A stretch of DNA of 64,000 bases from Nitrospirales bacterium (GTDB taxonomy: Bacteria; Nitrospirota; Nitrospiria; Nitrospirales; UBA8639): NCBI GenBank assembly GCA_963555755.3, contig OY820905.2, positions 4,288,001 through 4,352,000 on the forward strand, read 5' to 3'. Below the pieces are notes generated by a model. The model saw only the letters and a program-made list of their open reading frames with translations, was not told where the DNA came from and searched no databases. Positions 41,391 through 52,008 of the stretch are shown here, in pieces (within the stretch, counting starts at the first letter, position 1; each line of letters opens with the position of its first letter). A program made the translations under genes and the position numbers.

Positions 41391-42042
41391 TACCGGATTC
41401 TGCACATGCGTGTGAAAGTGGAGGAAAACAATTTCTAAATTAGTTTGATAATACCAACTTTACCTGGGCGCAGCCTCCCAGCGTACTCAGTGGTCAGATA
41501 CAACTGGGATGCTGCTGCGAATTGCTCAAGGAAACTCCACTCCAAGGGAAAGGTGAAGCCTCGTACGACCTCAAACCTGAACGAGCCAAAGTACGTGTTT
41601 TCCTAACCGACCGACGATTGACGTAGATAACTTGATTGGATATCTGTGATCTTCACTTTTTTTACGTATAAGCACCCTTTCCTCTGCATGTTTTTCTACC
41701 ATCTTGTTTCTCATGAATAGAACTCGGTAAATCTTTTGTCGTTAGTATCAGAAGCACGGTCGGAAAAATTTACAAAAGTAAATTTCGTCTAACAGGCTGA
41801 ATAATTCAGCCTTTCTCGAACATTTTTATTTTTGGGTCAAAAAATTGTTGGAGAATTTTACAATTCTTAAATTAAAAATTTTGGTTTTAGAGTTCGAGAA
41901 TGATCGAACGACCGTGATTTTATCACGTACATTCAATCGCTTATAGAAATATTGGTTGGTATGGCGGCTTGGCGGTCTCGCAAGACTCGTCAAAACCAAT
42001 AAAGGAGTCAGGGAACTTTCACCTAGCGCCATTCACCCTTTT

Positions 42043-42082
42043 CCGGCGGTTCCTTCCACAGAGGGAACCGCTGGTTTTTTTT
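42043..42082 (+). terminator. Intrinsic terminator
   Basis: CCGGCGGTTCC...GGAACCGCTGG stem followed by T8. Confidence 0.85.
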
Positions 42083-42261
42083 GTGAGAAATGTTGATGTT
42101 GCCGGTGTTGTGATGTGAGGTGTCTTTAGAACGATCCTGTTGAAATGGGATTCCCACCCTGCAAGCTATCAGATGTATACTCTCCTTCAGGATGATGAAG
42201 AAAGAATGTCATGCAGAATTCTTATCGAAGGAGGTATCGAGCAATCATTTCGTGACGGACC

Positions 42262-42725
42262 TTAAGGTCGGACGACTGACCCCGAGTCTAGATGCTGCTC
42301 TGGCTATAGTGGCTCCTGTTGTTTTTAAGGTTTGTTGAATGAGCTCATGTTCTACTGCTTCTCGTGAATGCGTAAGAGTACATTCTGAATATCCAATGGT
42401 GAGGGAATCCCGTTCCATATCCCCCGAGGTAATTCGGATGTTGTCAGCCATAGCCACGCCCTGTTTAATGCGATTTTCTCATTCCCTCACGTTGCCGGGC
42501 CAATGATAGCGTTCGATGTTGATGAGGCTAATATTGGTGGTGGTGGTAATTCTTGCGTCGATGTCGATCGATTCCCGACCTCAAATTTGTTCAATGCACC
42601 GTTCCTGCAAGAATCGAAGGAGTTTCACTTGCAAGGCAGTGGGCAGTTCATCAATCTCACCTAAAAAGAGCGTGCCTCTGTCAGCGGATTTAATGCGGCC
42701 TTTGCGGCGTGTATGGGCATTGGTG
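42262..42725 (-). pseudogene. Diverged, internally deleted copy of the 3' part of prsR
   Basis: Aligns to ~44853-45499 (HWPGNVRE, LGVSRPTL) with a deletion of roughly 190 nt and small indels. Confidence 0.88.
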
Positions 42726-42750
42726 TGTCAATTTTTAACCAGGCAATTCT

Positions 42751-43215
42751 TATAGAGTACATTAAGGGAGCAATGCGAGTATAATGCCAGCATGAAAAAA
42801 AAAGATGCACGTACCCGAGACACGGGAACATCCACGCAGATAAGCGATTCGGTTAAAGAAGACGGAGTACGGGTATGTGGAGATTGCCATGATCATTGGA
42901 GCCCACCGGAACACCGTGTTATATTGGTGGATGGTCTATGAACGGGAAGGAATCACAGGCTTGAAGTCAAAGAAGCGAGGTTTCGAGAAAGGTCCATGGC
43001 GCACGCTCGGCAGTGCACAAGCACATGAGATTCAAGTGTTGATCGTGGAGAAGACCCCTGATCAGTTTGAAGTTGGTCTTTGCCCACTGGACCCGCTAGG
43101 CGGTGCAAGAGTTCATGAACATTCACTGTGTGAATCACTTTGCCTATTCGTACGGTCGGAGAGTATCTGAAGCGTTGGGGATGTACGCCGCAAAAGGCCT
43201 TGAAACGCGCGTATG
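42751..43215 (+). pseudogene. IS630-family transposase remnant
   Basis: MKKKDAR...EIAMIIGAHRNTV..W..YEREGITGLKSKKRG winged HTH; frameshifted. Confidence 0.7.
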
Positions 43216-43234
43216 AACGCTGAATACCCTTTTC

Positions 43235-43360
43235 TGTGGTGTGAGGTAAAACGTACGAGCCATTCTCTGGGACCTGAGAGTTTTGTTGTGGGATGTCCTC
43301 GTCGCGGTCCCCCCTCCGAGGGCCAACCTACTGATAAAAGACTTTTTCAGGGATGACTAG
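43235..43360 (+). mobile_element. IS5-family right-end remnant
   Basis: Ends ACTTTTTCAGGGATGACTAG, like the IS5 end at 31054; preceded by an RAIL-like coding relic. Confidence 0.55.
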
Positions 43361-43533
43361 TTGAGGAATACTGGGGGAAATAATAATAGTCAGTATTCTC
43401 GTTGGAAAATCCACTTTAGCAATCATCCAAAAGATCAAGGCCGTATAATCGTGTATCCTGAATTTAAGAATGATACACGCGTTCTCATAAGAAAATTCTC
43501 TTTTACAAACCTTTGAAGATTTGAGTTGTGTCT

Positions 43534-44121
43534 ATGGAAAATCATATTGATCGAATTGGCGTCATCATCAATAACTCTATCAACGTCAAATTGGACTTAC
43601 TCAAGAATGAGGAGATACTCAATACCATTCACCAGGTGGCCACCGAGATTACCCTGGCCTATAAGAACAACAATAAGCTTCTCTTGTGTGGAAACGGTGG
43701 TAGCGCGGCTGATGCCCAGCACATTGCTGCCGAATTCACAGGCAGGTACTACTTGGATCGAGATCCGCTGCTTGCTGAAGCCCTGCATGTCAACACCTCG
43801 TACTTGACGGCGGTTGCCAATGATTATTCTTACGATAAAATTTATTCACGATACGTGAAAGCTGCTGGACGGGCAGGGGATATTCTCCTTGGATTCTCAA
43901 CTTCGGGCAATTCTGGAAACGTGGTAGATGCCTTGAGAGTCGCGAATGAACTCAATATGAAAACCGTCGGACTCACGGGCTCATCCGGTGGGAAGATGAA
44001 AGATATCTGCCACTATCTTATCAATGTGCCATCCATCGATACGCCAAGAATACAGGAGAGTCACATATTAATCGGGCATATTCTTTGTGAGATAGTCGAA
44101 TCAAACATTTTTGGCCAATAA
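43534..44121 (+). CDS. gmhA: Phosphoheptose isomerase
   Basis: CGNGGSAADAQHIAAE, ANDYSY, STSGNS, TPRIQESH. Confidence 0.95.
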   Translation: MENHIDRIGVIINNSINVKLDLLKNEEILNTIHQVATEITLAYKNNNKLLLCGNGGSAADAQHIAAEFTGRYYLDRDPLLAEALHVNTSYLTAVANDYSYDKIYSRYVKAAGRAGDILLGFSTSGNSGNVVDALRVANELNMKTVGLTGSSGGKMKDICHYLINVPSIDTPRIQESHILIGHILCEIVESNIFGQ

Positions 44122-44279
44122 GGGCTCGCGCAAGAATACCTTCCCCTGTTTGTGTGCTGAGACGCCTGTCTGGCAAGGCGCGAGGACTGCGCATACTCCC
44201 CCGTATGGAAAAGACGAGCAACGCCGCCAGGCAGGATGGATCGACGCCCAAACAGGGGAAGGTATTCTTGCACGAGCCC
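44122..44279. mobile_element. MITE family B
   Basis: TIR GGGCTCGCGCAAGAATACCTTCCCC; TAA on both flanks, the left one being the gmhA stop. Confidence 0.88.
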
Positions 44280-44805
44280 TAACACCCAGCCCCATCCCCC
44301 ATCTACTTGCTACCCCAACGGCATACTGATTGGCCCTCATGTTTGTTTTAACGTGAATCGGAGATTTCCGATGAATGGCATTGGGAATTTTTTCACAAGT
44401 TGGGGTAGGATAAAGAGGGTAAAGATCAGTGACGGGGTTTTGTCGTTGATGAGATGGTTGGCAGAACGGTGAGGAGTCTTTCCTTCCAGATAAGCGACGG
44501 ATTGATTTTTCCCGTAAAAAATGAAGTGAGGAAAATTAAAGACATTAGAAAAGGTAAGGAGGTGAAGTCGGGGGTTGCCCTGGGAAAATAAGAATGGATG
44601 GGGTAGCCCTATTGGTGTTCAAATGGGTAGTGGTGTAGAGGATTGAGCAGGTGTCGAAATATCGACAACCTGCTTTGAGAAATGAGATCTTTGTGAAAGG
44701 AGGAGGGTTTAGTTTCTATGAGGGCGAGTGTGGCTGCGAGTCTCTAGTCATTGTTGTTGATGGTCTACCTTCGTTTCGTGTGTTTTCATGTCATGGTCAC
44801 CACTC

Positions 44806-46239
44806 TTAACATTCTTTGGGCTCGCGAAGCGAGTATCGTACGATTAAATCATGAAGAGTGGGGCGGCTGATTCCCAGTTCTGAGGCGGCCCGTGTGATGT
44901 TGCCTCCTGTTTTTTTCAGAGTTTGTTGAATGAGTTTGCGTTCGATCGCTTCTCGTGCATCTTTGAGGGTATGTCCGGTATACCCCACGTTGGGGGAATC
45001 CAGTTCCAGATCTTCTGCGGTAATGCGGTTGCCATCGGCCATGGCGACGGCCCGTGTAATGCGATTTTCTAATTCCCTCACGTTGCCAGGCCAATGATAG
45101 CGTTCGATGCTGATTTTGGCCTCCTTGGTGAAGCCCGCAAAGTTTTTATCAACTTCGTCGGCGATGCGTGGCAGGAATCGCTCTGCAAGCAAAAGAATGT
45201 CACCCCCTCGATCCCTTAAGGGTGGAACTGGGATGGTGATGGTATTGAGTCGATAATAGAGGTCTTCCCGAAATTGTCCTTGAGCCATCGCTCGATCCAG
45301 GTCTACGTTGGTGGCGGCGATAATTCTTGCGTCGATTTCAATTGATTCCCGACCTCCAATTCGTTCAATGCCACGGTCTTGCAAGAATCGAAGGAGTTTC
45401 ACTTGCAAGGCAGTTGGCAGCTCACCAATCTCATCTAAAAAGAGCGTGCCTTTGTCGGCGGATTCGATGCGGCCTTTGCGGCGTGTATGGGCACCGGTGA
45501 AGGCGCCTTTTTCATGTCCGAATAATTCACTCTCCAATAAATTCTCGGGAATGGCTCCACAGTTAATCGCCACGAATGCTCCGTGTGCGCGGTCACTTTG
45601 TTGATGGAGTGCGCGGGCAATGAGTTCTTTCCCTGTTCCGCTTTCTCCGGTCACCAGAACGGAAATATCGGACTTGGCGACTCGTCGGACCACTTCAAAG
45701 ACTTTTTGCATGGGCGCACTCGTTCCGATCAAAGCCTCGAAATCTGACTGATCTTCCTGTTTTTTCAAGGTTCGGTTTTCCCCTTCGAGACGAAGGAGGT
45801 AGTTCGCGCGTTCCAGCACCACTTTCAATACTTCGACATGAATGGGTTTCTCAAGAAAATCATAAGCTCCGAGTTCGATGGCTCGGAGTGCATGGCGTCG
45901 ATCGGTGTTGCCGGTGGCCATGATGATTTTCAAATCCCGATTGATGGATAACATTTCTTCGAGAGCCGCAAGCCCTTCGACAGCCTCGTGGGGTCGGGGA
46001 GGTAGCCCAAGATCTAAAATGGCCAAATGTACAGGCTCATTTTGGACAATGTGGACGGCGGTCGTTCGGTCTCCAGCTTCCCGGATCTCGTAGTCTGAAT
46101 GTAGCGCCCATTTCATTTGTTGCCGAAGGTCTTCATCATCTTCGACAAGCAAGAGAGTTGGATGAGGGGTGTTCCTGTTCTTGGTCTCCATGGCATCATC
46201 CGGCGAATCATTCATTGGTTGGTTCAGTTGTGTCTTCAT
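44806..46239 (-). CDS. prsR: PEP-CTERM-system sigma-54 response regulator
   Basis: LDLGLPP receiver, GESGTGKE, GAFTGA, WPGNVRELEN, LGISRPTL; lies after prsK. Confidence 0.9.
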   Translation of the reverse strand: MKTQLNQPMNDSPDDAMETKNRNTPHPTLLLVEDDEDLRQQMKWALHSDYEIREAGDRTTAVHIVQNEPVHLAILDLGLPPRPHEAVEGLAALEEMLSINRDLKIIMATGNTDRRHALRAIELGAYDFLEKPIHVEVLKVVLERANYLLRLEGENRTLKKQEDQSDFEALIGTSAPMQKVFEVVRRVAKSDISVLVTGESGTGKELIARALHQQSDRAHGAFVAINCGAIPENLLESELFGHEKGAFTGAHTRRKGRIESADKGTLFLDEIGELPTALQVKLLRFLQDRGIERIGGRESIEIDARIIAATNVDLDRAMAQGQFREDLYYRLNTITIPVPPLRDRGGDILLLAERFLPRIADEVDKNFAGFTKEAKISIERYHWPGNVRELENRITRAVAMADGNRITAEDLELDSPNVGYTGHTLKDAREAIERKLIQQTLKKTGGNITRAASELGISRPTLHDLIVRYSLREPKEC

Positions 46240-46277
46240 ATCATTCCTCTCACGTGTCGCGTGTCAGATAGCGGTGC

Positions 46278-49200
46278 TTACGCCGCTGGCAAGACAATAT
46301 GGACATTGGTTCCTTGCCCCTCTTGGCTTTCAATGCGAATCGAGCCTCTCGATTGTTCCACGATCGACTTACATTGATAGAGCCCAATCCCCAAACCGTC
46401 CTTTTTCGTCGTTTTAAATGGTTGGAAGAGGGTTCGTAATTGAGTCTCGGGGATACCCGGTCCCGAATCGGCAATGGTGATGGCGACGCTTCCCTGTGTG
46501 TCTTTCGTGGAAATGTGAATGGTTCCGGAATCCCCTGCCGATTGCGTGGCGTTCATCATGAGGTTCATGAATAATTGCTTGAATTGATCGGGGACGATGG
46601 AGACAGGAGGTAACGCCTGGGCCATGGATAACGTGGGTTCTTGTATGCTGGTCGCCAGGGACCGAATGGCTTCATTAATAATGTCATTGATATTGACCGT
46701 GTGAAAAGACTCCGCGTGTTCAACAGTGACAGCTTGTGATTGCACCGACAGTTTATTAATAAGTCCGGTGAGTTTCGTGACCGTATTGGTGATGGTCCGC
46801 ATGGCTGATGCTTGAAAGGTCGGATCCTGGCCATGGGTCTTGGCGTTTTGGGCTACCATGGAGAGGCCGGCAATCAGGGTTTTGAGGTCGTGTAGATAAA
46901 AGGTAGAAAATCGGCTGACGGCTTCCCATTTGGCTGTAGCCGTCCGTTCTTCGGACAGCTTGGCTTGAGTGAGTTGCACGGATACGTAATGGGTGATGGA
47001 CGTCATGAGATCAAAATCGTCTTGTCGATAATGACGGTGTCCAAATTGGCCGCTGAGCGTAATGAAACCGTGACACACATCGGTGGTTCGTAACGGGATA
47101 CACAACAGGGCATGTGTGGTATGTAGGAACGGTTTCCACCCAGGTGAGTCTGTGCCCTCAACACGGGAAAGTTCAATGATTTCCTCACCCGACTGTATAA
47201 GGTCGTGAAGGGGATGCTGAATGGGTAAGGGGTGGGGGGCGTCGTCGATATTCGCGGAACGAACCTGGTGAAATCGTCCATCGGCTTCATAGTGAAGCCA
47301 GGTGGTGACGTGTTCGGCTCCAAACGTTCGAATCATCAATTCCAGGCAGTTGTCTAAAATCCTATCAACGGAATCGCACGTCCGAAACGCGTCTGTGACC
47401 TCGATCCATTTGAGGCGATAATCGTATTTTGAACGCAAAAAGTGGCGTGTGAGCAACAGCCGAAGCTCTGTTTTCACCTGTCGTGAAGAGAGAATCACAA
47501 TGAGGCCGATAGTGGCGATAAAGACAACCAGAATCCCGATCGATTCACCGATGGCCCAGTTCGTTCGCCTGATCAATTCGCCCAGCCCACCGACGATGAT
47601 AAAGTAGCCTCCGACAATGAGAAGCGTGAATGAGGTGTACAGGGCTTGAGGAGAGATATACACGGCACGGCTCAAATCGTGAAAGTGCCACCGTCCCAGG
47701 CCGAAGCCGATCAGGGCGAGGGATAAGAGCGTTATGACGCCTTGGGCGAAAATGTAGCCCTTGTTTCCCTGCAGAAAAATGTCCAGTTGGGTCGACTGGA
47801 GGATGGCGAAACCTGCCAAACTCCCCAGCCCAATAATGACAAACTTGATCTGATACCGGAGCGGGTCACGAGAAGCTCGGAGGACTTGTTCCAATTGGGC
47901 CAATGCCGCCACTAAGGCGATTAAAATAAAGGGGTCTTCGTGGAATTGAGTGGGTAGAATAAACGGGCTGATCGTCTATAATGTGCTCAGGACAAGGGAT
48001 TCAAAAGTTTTTCTACCTGAAAAAAGTTGGCATAGGTGACGGATGCGTACACCCCGACGACTTGAGGACACGTATCGCTTCCCGGGGTTTCGTCCCCGGG
48101 CCACTGTTCGGGGGGTCTTTGGGGATCCGAAGGTCCGCATTCTCCCGCTCCAGCGTCGGGGAAAAAAACACTCTGTGGGACGTGTGGCCGTGGGCATCGC
48201 ACGTTTTACGACCACACGCTCCGTTGGATTCGGGATTTGTCCTGTGGCGACACGCGTATCTACCTGGAAGTCCCCATTCGGCGGGTGTGGTGCCGGACCT
48301 GCCGCAAGGTGAAGCGGGAGCGGCTGGCCTGGCTGGCCACCAACCCGTTGTACACCAAACGCTTTGCGTTCTACGTGGGGCGGCGCTGTGCCAGTGCTCC
48401 GATCCGTGCCGTAGCCCGCGAGCTGCAGCTGGACTGGCATACCGTCAAGGAGCTGGAGAAGCAGTATATGCGAGCGCAGCTCAAGCGCGCAGGGACACCT
48501 GGGCCCCAGGTCATCGGCATTGATGAGATCTCGATCAAAAAGGGGCACACCTACCGGATTGTGGTGAGCGACCTGGTGCGACGGCGGCCCATCTGGTTCG
48601 GAGGTACGGACCGCTCGGAAGCGAGTATGGATCAGTTCTATCAGTGGTTGGGGTCGAAGAAGAGCCAAAAAATTCGCCTGGCGGTGATGGATATGTGGAA
48701 AGCCTTCCGCACCTCGACGCGCCACCCGAACCATGCACCAGCGGCGGCCATCTTGTTCGACAAGTTCCATGTCCTGCGCCATTTGAGCAAAGCCCTCGAT
48801 ACAGTCCGTAAGCGGGAATATGCCCGGCTGACCGGCAAGGAGCGCGCCTACATCAAGGGCCAGAAATACACCTTGCTCTCCCATCGGGACAATCTGACGC
48901 TTGATGGACGCCGCGCACTGAAAAAGCTGTTGGCCGCGAATAAGCGATTGCACACAGCCTACCTCCTCAAGGAATCCTTCAGCCAACTCTGGGACTACGA
49001 CAAGGAAGGTTGGGCCAAACGATTCTTCGAGCAATGGAAAGCCTCGCTGAAATGGCAACGGTTGAAACCGTATGAAGAATTTGCACGAGTGATCGACCGG
49101 CATTGGGATGGGATTGCCGCCTACTGTCAACCCGAAAACAAAGTGGCCTTGGGGTTTGTCGAGGGCCTCAACAACAAAATCCGAGTGCTGCAACGACGCG

Positions 49201-49727
49201 CCTATGGCTTGCGGGATGAGGAGTACCTCCGCTTGAAAGTGCTCACCTGCATGCTGCCAGAGATCTAAAATGCCTCAAATGCACCCACACGATTACGCGA
49301 AGAGCCAAATAAAGAGACTGATGATTTTGCCCGGAACCCAGAGTGGAAGGAGATCTGCTAAAGGAAAGAACGTGGGAGCCAAAAGAATAGCCGTACACAG
49401 AAGGCCCAGGATCCAAAGGGCTTGAAACCGCCACCTAGATTCGGAAATGTTATCGGGATGGTGCTCAACTACAAATGAGGCCCCCACCTTATACAAGATG
49501 ACGGGAAACATGATTTCTCCTGCCATGGCCAACTGTTTCCACATGAGCGTTCGTGTAGGATCAAGGATTTCCAATACATGGCCGGCTTGAATCCAAGCCA
49601 TGGTGACCAGGACGGCAACCAAGGCTTTTTCCACTGGACCGCGCGATCGTTTAAGAAGAATGGCTCCCGCGAGCAAGAGTGAGGCGAGTGAACTGAGGAA
49701 TATCGGAACTAACCAGCCAATTGCCAC
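46278..49727 (-). pseudogene. prsK: PEP-CTERM-system histidine kinase interrupted by ISL3
   Basis: KYDYRLKW, HDLK, PFKTTKKDGLGIGLYQC; removing the IS restores ...KIISLFI-LIALVAALAQLE in frame. Confidence 0.9.
47932..49306 (+). mobile_element. ISL3-family element with -1 frameshifted transposase (48043-49268)
   Basis: TIR GGGTCTTCG / CGAAGAGCC; TSD AAATAAAG at 47924 and 49307; IGIDE, MDMW, DKFH, EGLNNKIR; G4A7 slippery site 48158-48168. Confidence 0.95.
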
Positions 49728-49737
49728 AACTAATCCC

Positions 49738-50418
49738 TCATGTCATGGCGGACGGAGGCATATGGGTCAACAAGACTGGCCACATGTCTTTGAGAAATGC
49801 CACGCCAACCTCAAAGGCCTCTTCCGGTGTGCCGGAGACTGGTATAATAATGCGGACTAATGAGCCATCCGTTCGATTTTTGGTCATCGAGTCCCAAATC
49901 ATATAGCCTTTCGCCCAGTATTCGCTCGCAATCACTCGGCCGCGGTCATGGTACCAATACAGTACAAGTTGTTGATCAACTCCCTTTTGAATGAGCACTT
50001 TATTGATAAGAATTGATGGTCCGCTCTTGGTCATGGGAACCGAGGCCATGCTGATATCGGCAAAATTCCAGCCGGCCCCAGGCAGACAATTTTTGGGAGA
50101 GTGATAGGTCGCCCCGGTTCGTTGGCTTTCGTAATACCCAATGTACAATGAAACGGGTTCCAAGGGAGGCGTCTGATGTGCGCCCGCGGCTGCTGGGGTG
50201 GGGGTGTAGATGCGCATCAAATAATCACTGACCTTGAGCTTGTCTAGGACTTTTTCCTCAAGTGGGAGTTCTTGGCCTTCCCAGCGGTCGGCGAGTGTTA
50301 TTGAAAAGTCAGCAAAGGGTTTTTTCGCGGGAATGAGTTCTCCGTGGGAAAGCGATTGTATGAGTCCAATCGTTCCAACCAGAATCAGTGATGCCACCAC
50401 AAAAGGCCAAGGTTTCAT
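49738..50418 (-). CDS. epsI: EpsI family exosortase-associated protein
   Basis: LYIGYYESQ, HSPKNCLPGAGW, LYWY, RTDGSLVR. Confidence 0.92.
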   Translation of the reverse strand: MKPWPFVVASLILVGTIGLIQSLSHGELIPAKKPFADFSITLADRWEGQELPLEEKVLDKLKVSDYLMRIYTPTPAAAGAHQTPPLEPVSLYIGYYESQRTGATYHSPKNCLPGAGWNFADISMASVPMTKSGPSILINKVLIQKGVDQQLVLYWYHDRGRVIASEYWAKGYMIWDSMTKNRTDGSLVRIIIPVSGTPEEAFEVGVAFLKDMWPVLLTHMPPSAMT

Positions 50419-50507
50419 GATTGCTCCATGTGAACAGACACGCGGTTTCGGTTACTCCGAGGATTCTCTTCTGATCGGAACAGCCGTGCCGAGTGTCATG
50501 AGAGTGA

Positions 50508-50686
50508 GGACCTGAGAGAAAATACCTTGGACCATATCGCGCCAAGATTTGGGTCGGATTTGGACGGAACGATTGAGAAAAACCCGAAGCATAGCACAGC
50601 TATGTTGAGGGTTTGTCGATTGAGGCCCGTTCAAGGATGGCCCGAAGATTGGATGCGAGATGTCCACGTTATGTTCTCTCAGGTCC
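50508..50686. mobile_element. MITE family E
   Basis: Inverted repeats GTGAGGACCTGAGAGAA (50504-50520) / TTCTCTCAGGTCCTCAC (50674-50690), extending imperfectly inward. Confidence 0.7.
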
Positions 50687-51589
50687 TCACACCGGAGTCA
50701 CGGAATGGCGAGGCGGTTGTTTGCCGATTTTTGCGATAATGGTGCCGCATCCAAGCAAGAGAATAAACGCCACCACAAACACGAGCCAGCCTTCAAACGT
50801 ATGATAAAAACCTTCTGCGGCTTCCGTGCCCCAATAGTTTGCTAAGATTCCCGTTCCCGTGACCCGAAGTGCATTGGCCACAATAGCGATGGGGATGGAC
50901 AATAAGACCAAGGCCCAACGTTTCCACAGTTGGCGTTGGGAGAAATAACCATAGACGGTCCCGAGAGCCAGTAATGCGACGAGTGAGCGAAGGCCACTAC
51001 AGGCTTCGGCCACTTCTAAGGTTGTTCCGGCCAGGAAAATGAGGTTCCCTTCTCGTAAGACCGGGATCCCTAAATTAAAGAGGCAAAATGAGGCGGATTG
51101 TGCCGCAAAAATTTGCAAGGGGAAGGCGATCGTATTCACCACGATAGCCGGGAGAGGGATCATGAACAAGAGGAAGACAATGGGGAGACTCAGTGTAACC
51201 AGCATCCGTTTGCCGAGTATCAACAGTGTCAGTCCTGTGATCAGCACAATAAACGACACGCGTTGCGCAAAGAGTTCAGCGCCCACTGACCCGATGACCA
51301 ACATCGCCATGCCCAGAATCAGGATGGGGATGCCCAAGATACTTGGTTGAATCGGCAATTCTCGTAATCCAGTCCATCGTTCGTAGATAAAAAAGGCGGA
51401 CATAAAAGGAACAATAAACCCATGAGAATAGTTGGGATCGTTATCCCAATCATAGAGTAAGCCGGCAAAGATTTCGTAGTATAACGCGGTGATGAGACCG
51501 AACAGGATGGTGGCAAGCAGGGAGCCGATGATCACCCCGGAGTGCCCACGTTCCTGTTGATGAAGACCTTCATTCATGATTTGTGACAA
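50687..51589 (-). CDS. Exosortase
   Basis: YSHG, VAEACSGLRSL, ANALRV, FYHTFEG (Cys/Arg/His catalytic residues). Confidence 0.95.
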   Translation of the reverse strand: MSQIMNEGLHQQERGHSGVIIGSLLATILFGLITALYYEIFAGLLYDWDNDPNYSHGFIVPFMSAFFIYERWTGLRELPIQPSILGIPILILGMAMLVIGSVGAELFAQRVSFIVLITGLTLLILGKRMLVTLSLPIVFLLFMIPLPAIVVNTIAFPLQIFAAQSASFCLFNLGIPVLREGNLIFLAGTTLEVAEACSGLRSLVALLALGTVYGYFSQRQLWKRWALVLLSIPIAIVANALRVTGTGILANYWGTEAAEGFYHTFEGWLVFVVAFILLLGCGTIIAKIGKQPPRHSVTPV

Positions 51590-51862
51590 CCTCGGTCAGA
51601 GTTGAGCAAACCGTCGAGGCCAGGTCGTGACGACAGTGCTCATTATTCCGAATCTTTTTACTTTGTAGGGATTTAGTCGGACGAGGTGACGAATTTCTTT
51701 ACACTTTCCAGTCGTCGTTTTAGATCGGCAATATTGTCCATGTGTCCAGGTTGGTGAGGTTCTGCCTCATTCTTGAAGGATTGGGCGAATCTTGTGTTGT
51801 TCCTGTTTGTTGAGGCGAATGAAAGCGTGAGTCAGTGCCATTCACCGCATGCCACTATGGTA

Positions 51863-52008
51863 GGGTTGTTGAAAAAAGGTTATCCAGCAAGGCCGCAGGG
51901 GATGTGGCGCCCGCAGCGTACATGGAGTACGTGAGGGCGAATGGCGCGAAGAGCGCCAAGTCTGTGAGCGCGAAGCTCGACAAAGCCCCGACCTGCCTGC
52001 GCGAACCC
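51863..52008. mobile_element. MITE family A variant (right end resembles family B)
   Basis: GGGTTGTTGAAAAAAGG..CCAGCAAGGCCGCA..CGTACATGGAGTACGTGAG; ends GCGCGAACCC-TTA at the regulator's stop codon. Confidence 0.65.

Noticed and set aside
41963..42031. GGCG...CGCCA segment resembling a tRNA
   Set aside because: No T-loop or anticodon arm; retained only as an sRNA candidate
43300..43318. Short match to 35161-35178 (CGTCGCGGTYCCCCCTCC)
   Set aside because: Short and low-complexity, within an IS5 relic; likely chance
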